Positions 52,815 through 63,205 of a DNA stretch of 64,000 nt are shown here, piece by piece. A model generated the notes under the pieces. It searched no databases. It was not told the origin of the DNA and saw nothing but the letters and a program-made list of their open reading frames with translations. The stretch's first letter is position 1. Each line of letters begins with the position of its first letter. Both the position numbers and the translations under genes were made by a program. Source of the stretch: an uncultured Faecalibacterium sp. (lineage in GTDB: Bacteria; Bacillota; Clostridia; Oscillospirales; Ruminococcaceae); assembly GCA_937907025.1 (NCBI GenBank), contig CALESJ010000035.1:5763-69762 (forward strand). The letters are read 5' to 3'.

Positions 52815-53261
52815 TTATTCTTCCACTTCGGTGGGCAGCTGCTCCACCGTGATGTCCACCAGATTGCGGCTGATGAAATTTTCTCCGCCGGAATCCAGGG
52901 TGTAGCTGAACTTCAGCCGTCCGCCGGCCTCGCTCAGGAACAGCTCGATGACATCGGCCGCCACACCCAGAGAGATGGAACCGTAGCCGGTTTCGTAATG
53001 GCAGATGTGGCGGATGCCCTTTTCGATGACCAGCTGGCTGGGCACTTTGCCGAAACGGGTCATGACCACCTGCTGGCCGTCCAGGGTGACCTTGACGGTG
53101 GTGGTGCAGCCCGCATAGCCGGTGGCTTCGGTTTCCTCATATACAATGTAATAGGCGGAACCGCGCTGGGTGAACTTGCCGCGGGTCATCAGCTCCACGC
53201 TGTCCTCCTCGCCGTTCTGCTGCATGGTGCCGCGTATGGTAATCAGGTAATTGTCCTGCAT
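52815..53261 (-). CDS. DUF1934-family protein
   Basis: ATG at 53261 (MQDNYLITIRG). Its position upstream of argS is conserved in Firmicutes. Confidence 0.75.
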   Translation of the reverse strand: MQDNYLITIRGTMQQNGEEDSVELMTRGKFTQRGSAYYIVYEETEATGYAGCTTTVKVTLDGQQVVMTRFGKVPSQLVIEKGIRHICHYETGYGSISLGVAADVIELFLSEAGGRLKFSYTLDSGGENFISRNLVDITVEQLPTEVEE

Positions 53262-53295
53262 GATCTTTTCCGTATCCTTATATAGTATAGGTGAA

Positions 53296-54111
53296 TCAAT
53301 AGGTTTCGATGGCAATCTGGTCCACCGGGCCGCCGGCGTATTCGCCCAGGAACAGGTTTTCCAGTTCCTTGAAGGCCTCGGGGGTGTCGCTGACATAGTA
53401 GTGCACCCGTCCGCCTTCGCTGCGGCCGTTGGTCAGCCCCAGGTCGTCCAGGGCGGCGGCGGTTTCAATGGCCGTGACCTTGCCCGGGTCGATGAGGGCC
53501 ACATCCTCGCCCATGAAATCCCCGATCATCTTTTTCAGCAGCGGGTAATGGGTGCAGCCCAGGATCAGGGTGTCCACCCCGGCATCCCGCACCTCGGTCA
53601 GATACTGCTCAATGACCAGGGTGGTCACCGGGTCGCCGTCGGCCACATGGCCGCTTTCCACCAGCGGCACAAACAGCGGGCAGGCTTTGGCGGTGATCTG
53701 GATGTCCGGCACCAGATCTTTCAGCAGCGCCGCATAGGAGCCGCTGCGGATGGTGGCCGCCGTGCCGATGACCCCCACCCGGTGGTTGCGGGTCAGGGTG
53801 GCCGCCTTGCGCGCGGCCGCTCCCACCACGCCGGTGTAGGGCACGGGCAGGCGGGAGGCTTCCTCCGAAGGATAGGTGGAGGAAACGGTGCCGCAGGCAG
53901 CCATCAAAAACTTGACGTTCTGGCTCAGCAGAAACCGGATATCCTGCCGGGCATACTGCAGAATGGTCTGACGGCCGCGGCTGCCGTAGGGCACCCGGCC
54001 GGTGTCACCGAAATAGACGATGTCTTCCCCGGGCAGAACCCGGCGCAGCTGGCGCACGGCGGTCAGACCGCCCAGGCCGCTGTCAAATACTCCGATGGGC
54101 CTTGTATCCAT
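53296..54111 (-). CDS. murI: Glutamate racemase
   Basis: The ATG overlaps the ddl stop (TGATG). The motifs are GVFDSGLGGLT, ACGT and GCTHYP. Confidence 0.9.
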   Translation of the reverse strand: MDTRPIGVFDSGLGGLTAVRQLRRVLPGEDIVYFGDTGRVPYGSRGRQTILQYARQDIRFLLSQNVKFLMAACGTVSSTYPSEEASRLPVPYTGVVGAAARKAATLTRNHRVGVIGTAATIRSGSYAALLKDLVPDIQITAKACPLFVPLVESGHVADGDPVTTLVIEQYLTEVRDAGVDTLILGCTHYPLLKKMIGDFMGEDVALIDPGKVTAIETAAALDDLGLTNGRSEGGRVHYYVSDTPEAFKELENLFLGEYAGGPVDQIAIETY

Positions 54112-55226
54112 CAATAGGCTCCCTTCCGCTTGGTCAGCGCCAGGTGAATCAGACGGTCCGCCAGCGCCGAGAAGCTCAGACCCTCCCGCTCCATCAGCTT
54201 CGGATACATGCTGATGGCCGTAAAGCCGGGGAAGGTGTTCAACTCATTGCACAAAACACGGCCGGTGCCCTTCTGCACAAAGAAGTCGCAGCGGGACAGC
54301 CCGGCGCAGCCCAGGGCCAGATACGCCCGGCGGGCCAGGGCCTGCACCTCATCCAGCTTGGCTTCCTCCAGACGGGCGGGGATCAATACCTGGGACACGC
54401 CGTTCTTGTACTTGTCGTCGTAGGTGTAGAACTCCGCACCGGCCAGAATCTCGCCGGGGCGGGTGGTGAAAACGGTGTCGGGGGCATCGGGGTTGCCGAT
54501 GGCCGCACACTCCACTTCCTGTCCGTCGATGAATTCCTCAAACACGACCTTGTCATCCTCGGCCAGGGCCACGTCAATGGCCTTGCGCAGCTCGGCGCGG
54601 TCCCGGGCCTTGGTGATGCCCACGCTGGAACCGGCGTTGGCAGGCTTGACGAAGACGGGGTAGGGCAGCTTGGCTTCCACCATGTCCAGCACCTTGTCGG
54701 CGTCGGCTTCCACGTCGGCGCGGATGGCAAAGCACCAGGCGCAGTGGGGCACGCCGGAAGCGTCCATCACGGTGTTGGCCACCGCTTTGTCCATGCACAC
54801 GGCACTGGCCAGCACACCGCAGCCCACATAGGGCAGTCCCGCCAGCTCAAACAGGCCCTGGATGGTGCCGTCCTCGCCGTTCTTGCCGTGGAGCACCGGC
54901 ACCGCCACGTCCACCGGATGTTCGGTCCAGCCGCCCGCTTCCTTCACCAGCAAAGCGCGCATGATGCGGTCGGGGCTCAGGGCGCAGGGGGCACAGTTGG
55001 CAGCGTCGGTCTTCCAGCTGCCGTCCTCCACCCGCTCGGCCGGGCCGGTGTAACGCAGCCAGCGGCCTTCCTTGGTGATGCCCACCGCCGTCACGGCATA
55101 GCGCCCGGCGCAGGGCGGCTGACGCAGGGCCCGCAGCCAGGCCGCCGCGGACACGCAGCTGACCTCATGTTCACTGGATACACCGCCGAAGAACAAAACC
55201 AGGCGGATCTGCTTATCTTCAACCAT
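54111..55226 (-). CDS. ddl: D-alanine--D-alanine ligase
   Basis: 371 aa with FGGVSSEHEVS and an ATP-grasp core. Confidence 0.9.
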   Translation of the reverse strand: MVEDKQIRLVLFFGGVSSEHEVSCVSAAAWLRALRQPPCAGRYAVTAVGITKEGRWLRYTGPAERVEDGSWKTDAANCAPCALSPDRIMRALLVKEAGGWTEHPVDVAVPVLHGKNGEDGTIQGLFELAGLPYVGCGVLASAVCMDKAVANTVMDASGVPHCAWCFAIRADVEADADKVLDMVEAKLPYPVFVKPANAGSSVGITKARDRAELRKAIDVALAEDDKVVFEEFIDGQEVECAAIGNPDAPDTVFTTRPGEILAGAEFYTYDDKYKNGVSQVLIPARLEEAKLDEVQALARRAYLALGCAGLSRCDFFVQKGTGRVLCNELNTFPGFTAISMYPKLMEREGLSFSALADRLIHLALTKRKGAY

Positions 55227-55373
55227 ACAGATTACATCCCCTCATGTATTGAAACGCACAACATTTCAGCTTATAATAATACCATATTTACCCGCGGGTT
55301 AAAAGATGTTTGCCCAAAAAAGAAAAAATAAAACCGCAAATCCTGTTCCGGCCTGTCTATGCCAAAAAAGTGC

Positions 55374-55402
55374 TTGACAAGGCAGGAAACCCGTGGTAAG
55401 AT
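55374..55402 (+). promoter_or_regulatory. infC operon promoter
   Basis: TTGACA, a 17-nt spacer, then TAAGAT. Confidence 0.6.
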
Positions 55403-55409
55403 AACGTTT

Positions 55410-55560
55410 GTAAAAAAAGCAGCGTCCGGCTAGATTGCCGTCGTTCACCTTGCGGGCCGAAAGGCTCCGGGTCATAATATTCCGAAGCGTGGGACACACT
55501 GTGTCCGCTTTGGCATGTATGGTCTGTTCGGCGGCTGCTTTTTACGGCAGCCGCTTTTGT
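55410..55560 (+). promoter_or_regulatory. infC-rpmI-rplT leader with a terminator (L20-leader-type attenuator)
   Basis: A structured 150-nt leader containing the GGGCC-GAAA-GGCTC and GGACAC-ACT-GTGTCC hairpins. It ends in GCGGCTGC-N8-GCAGCCGC plus TTTTGTT (55531-55560), just before the infC SD. Confidence 0.5.
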
Positions 55561-55590
55561 TATTCACTTTACGTTTTGTATGGGAGGTGT

Positions 55591-56127
55591 ATTCCAATCG
55601 CCAGCACTAACACTACCAAGGAACTGGAGATCAACGAGCGCATTCGTGACAAAGAGATTCGCCTGATCGGGGCCGATGGCTCCCAGATGGGCATCATGTC
55701 GCCCCGCGACGCACTGCGCATGGCTATGGATCAGGACCTGGATCTGGTTAAGGTCGCCCCGCAGGCCAAGCCCCCGGTGTGCAAGATCCTTGACTATGGC
55801 AAGTACCGCTTCGAAATGCAGAAGCGGGAAAAGGAAGCCAAAAAGAACCAGAAAGTCGTGGAAGTCAAGGAGATTCGTCTTTCTTTGAACATTGATACCA
55901 ACGACTTCAACACCAAGGTCAACCAGGCGGCCAAGTTCCTGGCACAGGGCCACAAACTCAAGGTTTCCATTCGGTTCCGCGGCCGTGAGATGGCGCACAC
56001 CAACCTGGGCCTTGACGTGCATCGTCGTTTTGCGGAACAGCTGGAAGGCAAGGGCGTTGTTGACAAACAGCCCAAGCTGGAAGGCCGCAGCATGATGATG
56101 TTCATGTCGCCCGCGCCCACCAAGTAA
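55591..56127 (+). CDS. infC: Translation initiation factor IF-3
   Basis: ELEINERIRDKEIRLIG.. is canonical IF-3. There is no in-frame ATG near the SD GGAGG (55583-55587), so a non-canonical ATT (55591) or ATC (55597) start is inferred. The track ORF begins at 55435. Confidence 0.85.
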   Translation: MPIASTNTTKELEINERIRDKEIRLIGADGSQMGIMSPRDALRMAMDQDLDLVKVAPQAKPPVCKILDYGKYRFEMQKREKEAKKNQKVVEVKEIRLSLNIDTNDFNTKVNQAAKFLAQGHKLKVSIRFRGREMAHTNLGLDVHRRFAEQLEGKGVVDKQPKLEGRSMMMFMSPAPTK

Positions 56128-56151
56128 CCCAATATTAGGAGGAAAAACAAA

Positions 56152-56358
56152 ATGGCAAAGCTCAAACTGAAGACCTGCTCCGGCGCCAAAAAGCGCTTCA
56201 AGATGACCGGTTCCGGCAAGATCAAGCGCAATGCGTCCAAGCGCCGTCATATCCTGACCAAGAAGACCACCAAGCTGACCCGCGGTCTGCGCATGAACCA
56301 CTATGTGGACAAGACCAACGAGGCCACCGTGCGCCGCATGATGCCCTACGGTGGCTGA
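56152..56358 (+). CDS. rpmI: 50S ribosomal protein L35
   Basis: 68 aa beginning MAKLKLKTCSGAKKRFKMTGSGKIKR. Confidence 0.95.
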   Translation: MAKLKLKTCSGAKKRFKMTGSGKIKRNASKRRHILTKKTTKLTRGLRMNHYVDKTNEATVRRMMPYGG

Positions 56359-56418
56359 TTGCCCACCCCGCACGAAACACCGGTTTGAATATGACTGTAT
56401 AAAAGGAGATAGAATACA

Positions 56419-56772
56419 ATGGCTCGTATCAAAGGCGCTACCATGACGCACAAGCGTCGCACCAAGACCCTGAAACTGGCAAAGGGCTACTACGGCTCCA
56501 AGTCCAAGCATTTCCGCATGGCCAAGCAGGCCGTGATGAAGTCCGGCAACTACGCTTTCGTTGGCCGCAAGCTGAAGAAGCGCCAGTTCCGTAACCTGTG
56601 GATCACCCGCATCAACAATGCGGTCCGTGCCCAGGGCATGAACTACTCCACCTTCATGAACGGCCTGAAGAAGTCCGGCATCGAACTGAACCGCAAGATG
56701 CTGTCCGAGATGGCCATTCACGATCCCGCCAGCTTCACCGCTCTGGTGGAAACCGCCAAGAAGGCTCTGTAA
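56419..56772 (+). CDS. rplT: 50S ribosomal protein L20
   Basis: 117 aa beginning [26 protein letters not shown]. Confidence 0.95.
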   Translation: MARIKGATMTHKRRTKTLKLAKGYYGSKSKHFRMAKQAVMKSGNYAFVGRKLKKRQFRNLWITRINNAVRAQGMNYSTFMNGLKKSGIELNRKMLSEMAIHDPASFTALVETAKKAL

Positions 56773-56791
56773 TCGAAAACAGAAACCACCC

Positions 56792-56827
56792 AAAGACGCC
56801 CGCGCACATGCGCGTGCGTCTTTTTTG
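56792..56827 (+). terminator. Intrinsic terminator of the rplT operon
   Basis: AGACGCCCGCGCA pairs with TGCGCGTGCGTCT, followed by TTTTTT. Confidence 0.7.
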
Positions 56828-56832
56828 GAATT

Positions 56833-57630
56833 GTGAGCATTTTTATGGACATGTTACCTGTGATCACCAGCCGGGACAATGCCCGCATCAAGCGGGTGTG
56901 TGCCCTGCGCGATGCCGAAAAGCAGCGTGCCGCGGCGGGGCTTCTGTTTGCCGAAGGCCCCAAGCTCTGCCTGGAACTGGCCAAGGACTGTACCCTCACC
57001 GAGCTGTATGCCACCGAGGCTGCCCTGGCCCATACCCCGGCGCTTTCCGCCTACGGGGACCGCACCACCGTGATCGCCCCTCATGTGGCCGAAAAGCTGG
57101 CCGGGACCCGCTCTTCCCAGGATGTGTTTGCCCTGTTTGAGGCACCCTCCACCGACCCGGTTCCTTTGCTGGAAACCGCCCGCCGTATCCTGGCTCTGGA
57201 AGGGGTGCAGGACCCCGGCAATGTGGGAACTTTGCTGCGCAGTGCCGCGGCCTTCGGGTTTGATGCGGTACTGCTGGGCCCCGGGTGTGCCGCGCCCTTC
57301 TCCCCCAAAGTCCTGCGGGCTTCCATGGGGGCGGCAGGGCGGATGCCTATCGGCATCTGCTCCGACCTGCCCGTCGCATTGGGCAAACTGCGGGCCCGGG
57401 GCGTCACCTGCCTGGCGGCGGCCCTCTATAAGGCCCGGCCCCTGGATGCGGTGGGCACCGACCTGCCCGGCGGGGTGTGCGTGGTCATCGGCAGCGAAGG
57501 CCAGGGCCTGACCGACGAGGCCGTGGCCGCCTGCGATGCCGCCGTGCGCATCCCCATGACCGACCGGGTGGAAAGCCTGAACGCCGGTGTGGCCGGCAGC
57601 GTTTTGCTGTGGCATTTCAGAGGAGTTTGA
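56833..57630 (+). CDS. TrmH/SpoU-family RNA 2'-O-methyltransferase
   Basis: The start is ambiguous among GTG 56833, ATG 56845 and ATG 56851 (MLPVITSRDNARIK). The SpoU motifs are GNVGTLLRSA and GSEGQGL. Confidence 0.85.
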   Translation: MSIFMDMLPVITSRDNARIKRVCALRDAEKQRAAAGLLFAEGPKLCLELAKDCTLTELYATEAALAHTPALSAYGDRTTVIAPHVAEKLAGTRSSQDVFALFEAPSTDPVPLLETARRILALEGVQDPGNVGTLLRSAAAFGFDAVLLGPGCAAPFSPKVLRASMGAAGRMPIGICSDLPVALGKLRARGVTCLAAALYKARPLDAVGTDLPGGVCVVIGSEGQGLTDEAVAACDAAVRIPMTDRVESLNAGVAGSVLLWHFRGV

Positions 57631-57636
57631 TGTACA

Positions 57637-58737
57637 ATGGATACCGCGCTGTACTGGATGTGGTTGGCCGACGGTCTGGGTTCCGGATACCGGCAGGCCC
57701 AGGCTCTGCTGCGGCAGTGGCCGGACCCCCGGGCGCTGTATGAGCGCATCTGCCGGGAACAGACTCTGCCCAAAACCCTGCATCCCACGGCGCTGGCCCG
57801 GCTGAAAGCCCTCCGGCCTGCCGATCTGCAGGGACGGCTGGAAAGCTGTGCCCGGCTGGGGGTGGAGATCCTCACCCCCCAGGACATCGACTATCCCGAA
57901 CGCCTGCGCACCCTGCCCGATATGCCGGTGGTGCTGTATGTCACCGGCAGCATTGCCTGCCTCAACGGTGGGCGGTATGTGGGCATGGTGGGTACCCGCC
58001 GTCCCACCCGCTACGGCCAGCAGGCCTGCCATGATCTGGCCGTGAATATGGCCCGGGCGGGGGCGGTGCTGGTCAGCGGTCTGGCCGACGGCCTGGACGC
58101 CGAGGCTCACCGGGCTTCGGTGGAAGCAGGGACCCCCACCGTGGCCTTTCTGGGCACTGGGATCGACAAGACTTTCCCCGCCGCCAACGCCGCCCTGCGC
58201 CGTGAGATCGAAGCCGGGGGCGGGGCGGTGGTCAGCGAATACCCGCCCGACTACAAGGGCAAGACCACCGGGACCTTCCTGGCCCGCAACCGGCTGATCG
58301 CCGGGCTCTCGGAGGCGGTCTGCGTCACCGAGGCCCGCCGCCGCAGCGGGACCCTGAACACCGTATCCCACGCCGCCCGGTACGGGCGGCTGGTGTTCAG
58401 CGTGCCGGGCAGCATTTACAGCCCCACCAGCGAGGGCACCAACGACCTGCTGCGGGAGGGCAAAGCCCGCCCGCTGTGCGAGGCCTCCGACGTGCTGAAA
58501 GCGCTGGAGATGCAGGCCGCAGCCGATGAGCCGGCCGCCGCCGCGGCGGAAGAAGTCCCCCTCAGTGAGGACGCCCGCACCGTGCTGGGTGCGCTGGGAC
58601 CGGTGCCCTGCACCCCCGCCCAGGCGGCAGCCGAGTCCGGCCTGCCCATGCCCCGGGTCCTGGCGGCCCTGATGGAACTGGAATTTGCCGGTGCCGCCGC
58701 CTCCCACCCGGGACAACTGTATACCGCCGAGCGGTAA
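57637..58737 (+). CDS. dprA: DNA-processing protein DprA
   Basis: 366 aa with a Rossmann-like core: GTRRPTRYG, SGLADGLDAEAH and the NRLIAGLS region. Confidence 0.9.
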   Translation: MDTALYWMWLADGLGSGYRQAQALLRQWPDPRALYERICREQTLPKTLHPTALARLKALRPADLQGRLESCARLGVEILTPQDIDYPERLRTLPDMPVVLYVTGSIACLNGGRYVGMVGTRRPTRYGQQACHDLAVNMARAGAVLVSGLADGLDAEAHRASVEAGTPTVAFLGTGIDKTFPAANAALRREIEAGGGAVVSEYPPDYKGKTTGTFLARNRLIAGLSEAVCVTEARRRSGTLNTVSHAARYGRLVFSVPGSIYSPTSEGTNDLLREGKARPLCEASDVLKALEMQAAADEPAAAAAEEVPLSEDARTVLGALGPVPCTPAQAAAESGLPMPRVLAALMELEFAGAAASHPGQLYTAER

Positions 58738-58759
58738 ACCTTTTTTCAGGAGCGAAGCT

Positions 58760-60850
58760 ATGCCAAAATTAGTCATTGTGGAATCCCCGGCCAAGGCCAA
58801 GACCATTGGCAAGTACCTGGGCCGCGGGTACAAAGTCACAGCCAGCATGGGCCATGTGCGCGACCTGCCTTCCAGCCAGCTGGGCATTGACATTGAACAC
58901 GGCTATACCCCCAAATATGTAGTCATCAAGGACAAGAAGAAACTGGTCAAAGATCTGAAAGCAGAAGCCAAAAAGTGTGACGGCGTTCTGCTGGCCACCG
59001 ACCCGGACCGTGAGGGAGAAGCCATCAGCTGGCATCTGGCCAATCTGCTGGGTCTGGACCCGGCCGCGCCCAACCGTGTGACCTTTGACGAGATCACCAA
59101 AAAGGGCGTCAAGGAAGGCATGGCCCATCCCCGGGCCATTGATATGGACCTGTTCAACGCCCAGCAGGCCCGGCGGGAACTGGACCGCCTGGTGGGCTAC
59201 AAGCTCAGCCCGTTTCTGTGGCGCAAGGTGCGCCGGGGCCTTTCCGCCGGCCGTGTGCAGAGCGTCACCGTGCGCCTGATCCGGGACCGGGAGCTGGAAA
59301 TCGAGCGCTTTGTGCCCGAAGAATACTGGAACATCGACGCCAACGTCAAGCCCGTGGGCGGCGGGGCGGCCTTTACCGCCCGCCTGTCCGCTTCCGCCGA
59401 CGGCAAAAAGATCACCGTCCGCACCAAAGAGGAAGCGGACAAGATCCTGGCCTCCCTGGAAGGCAAGGCGTACAGTGTGGCCAAAGTGGACAAGGGCAAG
59501 CGCCGCCGTGCGCCTGCCCCGCCCTTCATCACCTCCACCCTGCAGCAGGATGCCAGCCGTGCCTTCGGCTTTTCCGCCACCCGTACCATGCGGGCGGCCC
59601 AGACCCTGTATGAAGGCGTGGACATCCAGGGCCACGGTACCGTGGGTCTGATCACCTATATGCGTACCGACTCTCTGCGCATCTCCGACGAGGCCGTGGC
59701 CGCCGCCAAGAGCTATATCGGCGGCCGCTGGGGCGAGCAGTACGTCTGCCCCACCCAGCGCCACTGGAAGTCCCGTTCCGCCACCGCGGCCCAAGATGCC
59801 CACGAAGCCATCCGTCCCTCCATGCCCGAACTGACCCCCGACGAGGTGGAAAAGAGCATTGAGGGGGATACCGCCCGCCTGTACCGGCTGATCTGGTCCC
59901 GCTTCATGGCCAGCCAGATGGCCGACTGCCTCATGGATACCGTGTCGGTGACCGTGGGAGCAGGGGACTGGCTGTTCCGCGCTTCGGGCTACACCGTCAC
60001 CTTCGACGGCTTCACCGCCCTGTACGAGGAAGCCACCGACGACACCAAAAAGAAAGAAACCGCCCTGCCCCCGCTGGAAGCCGGGCAGGCGCTGGACCTG
60101 CATAAACTGACGGCGGACCAGAAGTTCACCCAGCCGCCGCCGCTGTACACCGAAGCCGCCCTCATCCATGCTCTGGAAGAGAACGGCATCGGCCGTCCTT
60201 CCACCTACGCTCCCACCATCAGCACCATCATCGACCGGGGCTATGTGGAAAAGGAAAACAAGAAGCTGAAAACCACCCCCCTGGGTCAGGCCGTGAATCA
60301 GGTCATGATGGAGGAATTCCCCGACATCGTGGACCCCACCTTCAGCGCTGCGATGGAAAAGAAGCTGGACGTGGTGGAAAGCGGCCAGGCCGATTGGGTC
60401 CAGACGGTGGACGAGTTCTACCAGGGCTTTGCCAAGAGCCTGGAAAAGGCCGAAAAGGACATGGAGGGCAAAAAGGTCAAGGTGGCGGACATCCCCACCG
60501 ATGAGCTCTGCGAAAAATGCGGCAAGCCCATGGTTATCAAGTCGGGCCGCTACGGCAAGTTCGTGGCCTGTTCAGGCTTCCCGGAATGCCGCAACGCCCA
60601 CCCGCTGGTCAAGGATACCGGCGGCCTGTGTCCGCTGTGCGGGGGCCACATGCTGCTGCGCAAGAGCGCCAAGGGCCGTGTGTACTACGGCTGCAGCAAC
60701 TATCCCACCTGCAACTTCATGACCTGGGACGAGCCCGTTACCGAGCGCTGCCCCCAGTGCAACAGCACCCTGTTCAAGCGCAAGGGACAGCTGATCTGCC
60801 TGAAGGAAGGCTGCGGCTTTACCAAGGATGCCGCCCCCAAGAAGGAGTAA
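58760..60850 (+). CDS. topA: DNA topoisomerase I
   Basis: ATG at 58760 (MPKLVIVESPAKAKTIGKYLG). TOPRIM domain, active-site Tyr region and C-terminal Zn ribbons. Confidence 0.95.
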   Translation: MPKLVIVESPAKAKTIGKYLGRGYKVTASMGHVRDLPSSQLGIDIEHGYTPKYVVIKDKKKLVKDLKAEAKKCDGVLLATDPDREGEAISWHLANLLGLDPAAPNRVTFDEITKKGVKEGMAHPRAIDMDLFNAQQARRELDRLVGYKLSPFLWRKVRRGLSAGRVQSVTVRLIRDRELEIERFVPEEYWNIDANVKPVGGGAAFTARLSASADGKKITVRTKEEADKILASLEGKAYSVAKVDKGKRRRAPAPPFITSTLQQDASRAFGFSATRTMRAAQTLYEGVDIQGHGTVGLITYMRTDSLRISDEAVAAAKSYIGGRWGEQYVCPTQRHWKSRSATAAQDAHEAIRPSMPELTPDEVEKSIEGDTARLYRLIWSRFMASQMADCLMDTVSVTVGAGDWLFRASGYTVTFDGFTALYEEATDDTKKKETALPPLEAGQALDLHKLTADQKFTQPPPLYTEAALIHALEENGIGRPSTYAPTISTIIDRGYVEKENKKLKTTPLGQAVNQVMMEEFPDIVDPTFSAAMEKKLDVVESGQADWVQTVDEFYQGFAKSLEKAEKDMEGKKVKVADIPTDELCEKCGKPMVIKSGRYGKFVACSGFPECRNAHPLVKDTGGLCPLCGGHMLLRKSAKGRVYYGCSNYPTCNFMTWDEPVTERCPQCNSTLFKRKGQLICLKEGCGFTKDAAPKKE

Positions 60851-60851
60851 T

Positions 60852-62174
60852 ATGCACAAGATTACGATATACGGCGCCGGCCTGGCCGGGTGCGAAGCTG
60901 CCCTCTGGCTGGCGGAACACGGGGTGCAGGTGGACCTGTACGAGCAGAAACCGGTCCATTTTTCCCCGGCTCACAAAAGCGCAGGCTTTGCGGAGCTGGT
61001 CTGCTCCAATTCCCTGAAAGCCGAGCGCCCGGACTCCGCCTCCGGCCTGCTGAAACTGGAGATGCGGGCCATGGGCAGCCATCTGCTGCCCGCCGCCGAG
61101 GTGGCCCGTGTGGCTGCCGGCGGTGCCCTGGCCGTGGACCGGGACCGCTTCAGTGAGGAAGTCACCCGCCTGGTGGAAAGCTGCCCGGGCATCACGGTAC
61201 ACCGGCAGGAAGTTACCGCCATCCCGGAGGATGAACCCGTGCTGGTGGCCACCGGCCCCCTCACCGAGGGCGCGCTGGCCGAGGCCGTGGCCGCTTTGTC
61301 CGGCGGACAGGAACTGAACTTCTACGATGCGGTGGCCCCCATCGTCACCGCCGAAAGCCTGGACTACAACAAGGTGTTTGCCGCTTCCCGGTACGGCCGG
61401 GGGGAGGCCGACTACCTGAATTGTCCCTTCAATAAAGCGGAATACGAGGCCTTCCACGCCGCCCTTATCAGCGCCGAGCGGGCTCCCCGCCACGACGCCG
61501 ACAAGGACCTGACCGTGTACGAGGGCTGCATGCCCATCGAGGTCATGGCCGCCCGGGGCGCCGATACCATCCGCTTCGGCCCCCTGCGCCCGGTGGGGCT
61601 CAAGGACCCCAACACCGGCCACCGCCCCTGGGCCAACGTCCAGCTGCGGGCTGAGAATACCGCCGGTACCCTGTACAACCTGGTGGGATTCCAGACCAAC
61701 CTGAAATGGGGCGAACAGCAGCGGGTGTTCCGCATGATCCCCGGCCTGGAAAACGCCGAGTTCGTGCGCTACGGTGTCATGCACCGCAATACCTTCCTCA
61801 ATGCCCCCAAGGTCCTGGCTCCAGACCAGAGCCTGAAACAGCACCCCAACGTCTTCTTTGCCGGGCAGATCACCGGCTTTGAAGGCTACATGGAAAGCGC
61901 GGCCAGCGGCCTGCTGGCGGCGCGGTCGATTTTTGCCCGTCTGAACGGCAAACCGTACACCCCGCCTCCGGCGGCCACCATGTGCGGCTCCCTGATCGAC
62001 TATCTGATGACCCCCAACAAGGACTTCCAGCCCATGGGCGCCAACATGGGCATCTTGCCCCGCACCGAGGAGATCAACTCCATCCGGGACAAGCGGGAAC
62101 GCTATATGGCGCTTTCCAACGCCGCCCAGACCGCCATGGCCACCTGGGTGGCTGAACAGGAGGACGTGGAATGA
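60852..62174 (+). CDS. trmFO: Methylenetetrahydrofolate--tRNA-(uracil-5)-methyltransferase TrmFO
   Basis: ATG at 60852 (MHKITIYGAGLAGCEAA), with an FAD-binding fold. Confidence 0.9.
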   Translation: MHKITIYGAGLAGCEAALWLAEHGVQVDLYEQKPVHFSPAHKSAGFAELVCSNSLKAERPDSASGLLKLEMRAMGSHLLPAAEVARVAAGGALAVDRDRFSEEVTRLVESCPGITVHRQEVTAIPEDEPVLVATGPLTEGALAEAVAALSGGQELNFYDAVAPIVTAESLDYNKVFAASRYGRGEADYLNCPFNKAEYEAFHAALISAERAPRHDADKDLTVYEGCMPIEVMAARGADTIRFGPLRPVGLKDPNTGHRPWANVQLRAENTAGTLYNLVGFQTNLKWGEQQRVFRMIPGLENAEFVRYGVMHRNTFLNAPKVLAPDQSLKQHPNVFFAGQITGFEGYMESAASGLLAARSIFARLNGKPYTPPPAATMCGSLIDYLMTPNKDFQPMGANMGILPRTEEINSIRDKRERYMALSNAAQTAMATWVAEQEDVE

Positions 62175-63187
62175 AGATTCTTTTGGACGTGATGGGCGGC
62201 GACAACGCCCCCAACGCCGTTCTGCAGGGGGCGGCCGATGCCATGAAGGAGTTCGGCCAGGGCATGACCATCGCCCTGCTGGGCCAGGAGGAAGTCATCC
62301 GCCAGGCGGCTGCCGAGCTGAACATCGACCTCGCTCCCTTTGAGGTCATCAACTGCACCGAAGTGGTCACCATGGAGGACGACCCCGTCAAGGCCGCCCG
62401 CCACAAGCCGGATTCCAGCCTGGTGAAGGGCCTGACCATGCTCAAGAACGGCGAGGGCGACGCTTTCGTTTCCGCCGGCTCCACTGGCGCACTGCATGTG
62501 GCTACCAGCCTCATTGTGCGCACCGTCAAGGGGGTCAAGCGCCCGGCTCTGGCCACCCCCATGCCCGGCATCCAGCAGCATTACCTGCTGCTGGACTGCG
62601 GCGCCAACGCCGAATGCCGTGCTGACATGCTCAACGCCTTCGGCACCATGGGCAGCGTCTATGCCGAAAAGGTCATGGGCCGCAAGGACCCCAGCGTGGC
62701 CCTGGTCAACAACGGTGCCGAGGACCACAAGGGCACCCCCATGTACCGGGAAGCCCACCAGAAGCTGAAAGCCAACCCCTCCATCCGGTTCGTGGGCAAC
62801 ATCGAGCCCCGCTACATCCCGGAAGGCAAGGTGGACGTGGTGGTCTGCGACGGTTTTGTGGGCAACGTGGTGCTCAAGCTCACCGAGGGCGTGGCCACCA
62901 GCCTGCTGGGCATGCTCAAGCCCATCTTCCTGAAGAATCTGTTCACCAAGCTGGCCTATCTGACCATCAAGGACGGTCTGCGCGGCCTGAAAAACATGAT
63001 GGACTCCGAGGAAGTGGGCGGCGCGCCCCTGCTGGGTGCCGCCAAGCCGGTCATCAAGGCCCACGGCTCCAGCAAGGCCCGGGGCATCAAGAATGCCATC
63101 CGCCAGGCCAAGACCTGCGTGGAGAACGATCTGTGTGGCACCATGGAAAAGGCTCTGGCCGACACCATGGCCGCCGCCCAGGAATGA
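62171..63187 (+). CDS. plsX: Phosphate acyltransferase PlsX
   Basis: 338 aa beginning MKILLDVMGGDNAP. Confidence 0.95.
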   Translation: MKILLDVMGGDNAPNAVLQGAADAMKEFGQGMTIALLGQEEVIRQAAAELNIDLAPFEVINCTEVVTMEDDPVKAARHKPDSSLVKGLTMLKNGEGDAFVSAGSTGALHVATSLIVRTVKGVKRPALATPMPGIQQHYLLLDCGANAECRADMLNAFGTMGSVYAEKVMGRKDPSVALVNNGAEDHKGTPMYREAHQKLKANPSIRFVGNIEPRYIPEGKVDVVVCDGFVGNVVLKLTEGVATSLLGMLKPIFLKNLFTKLAYLTIKDGLRGLKNMMDSEEVGGAPLLGAAKPVIKAHGSSKARGIKNAIRQAKTCVENDLCGTMEKALADTMAAAQE

Positions 63188-63205
63188 CGGAAAGGACGAA
63201 TCCCT

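Noticed and set aside
56854-58893. A 679-aa minus-strand ORF. The same applies to 58769..60169(-), 60819..61844(-) and 62102..63514(-).
   Set aside because: They are antisense to trmH-family, dprA, topA, trmFO and plsX. The composition is that of a shadow frame.
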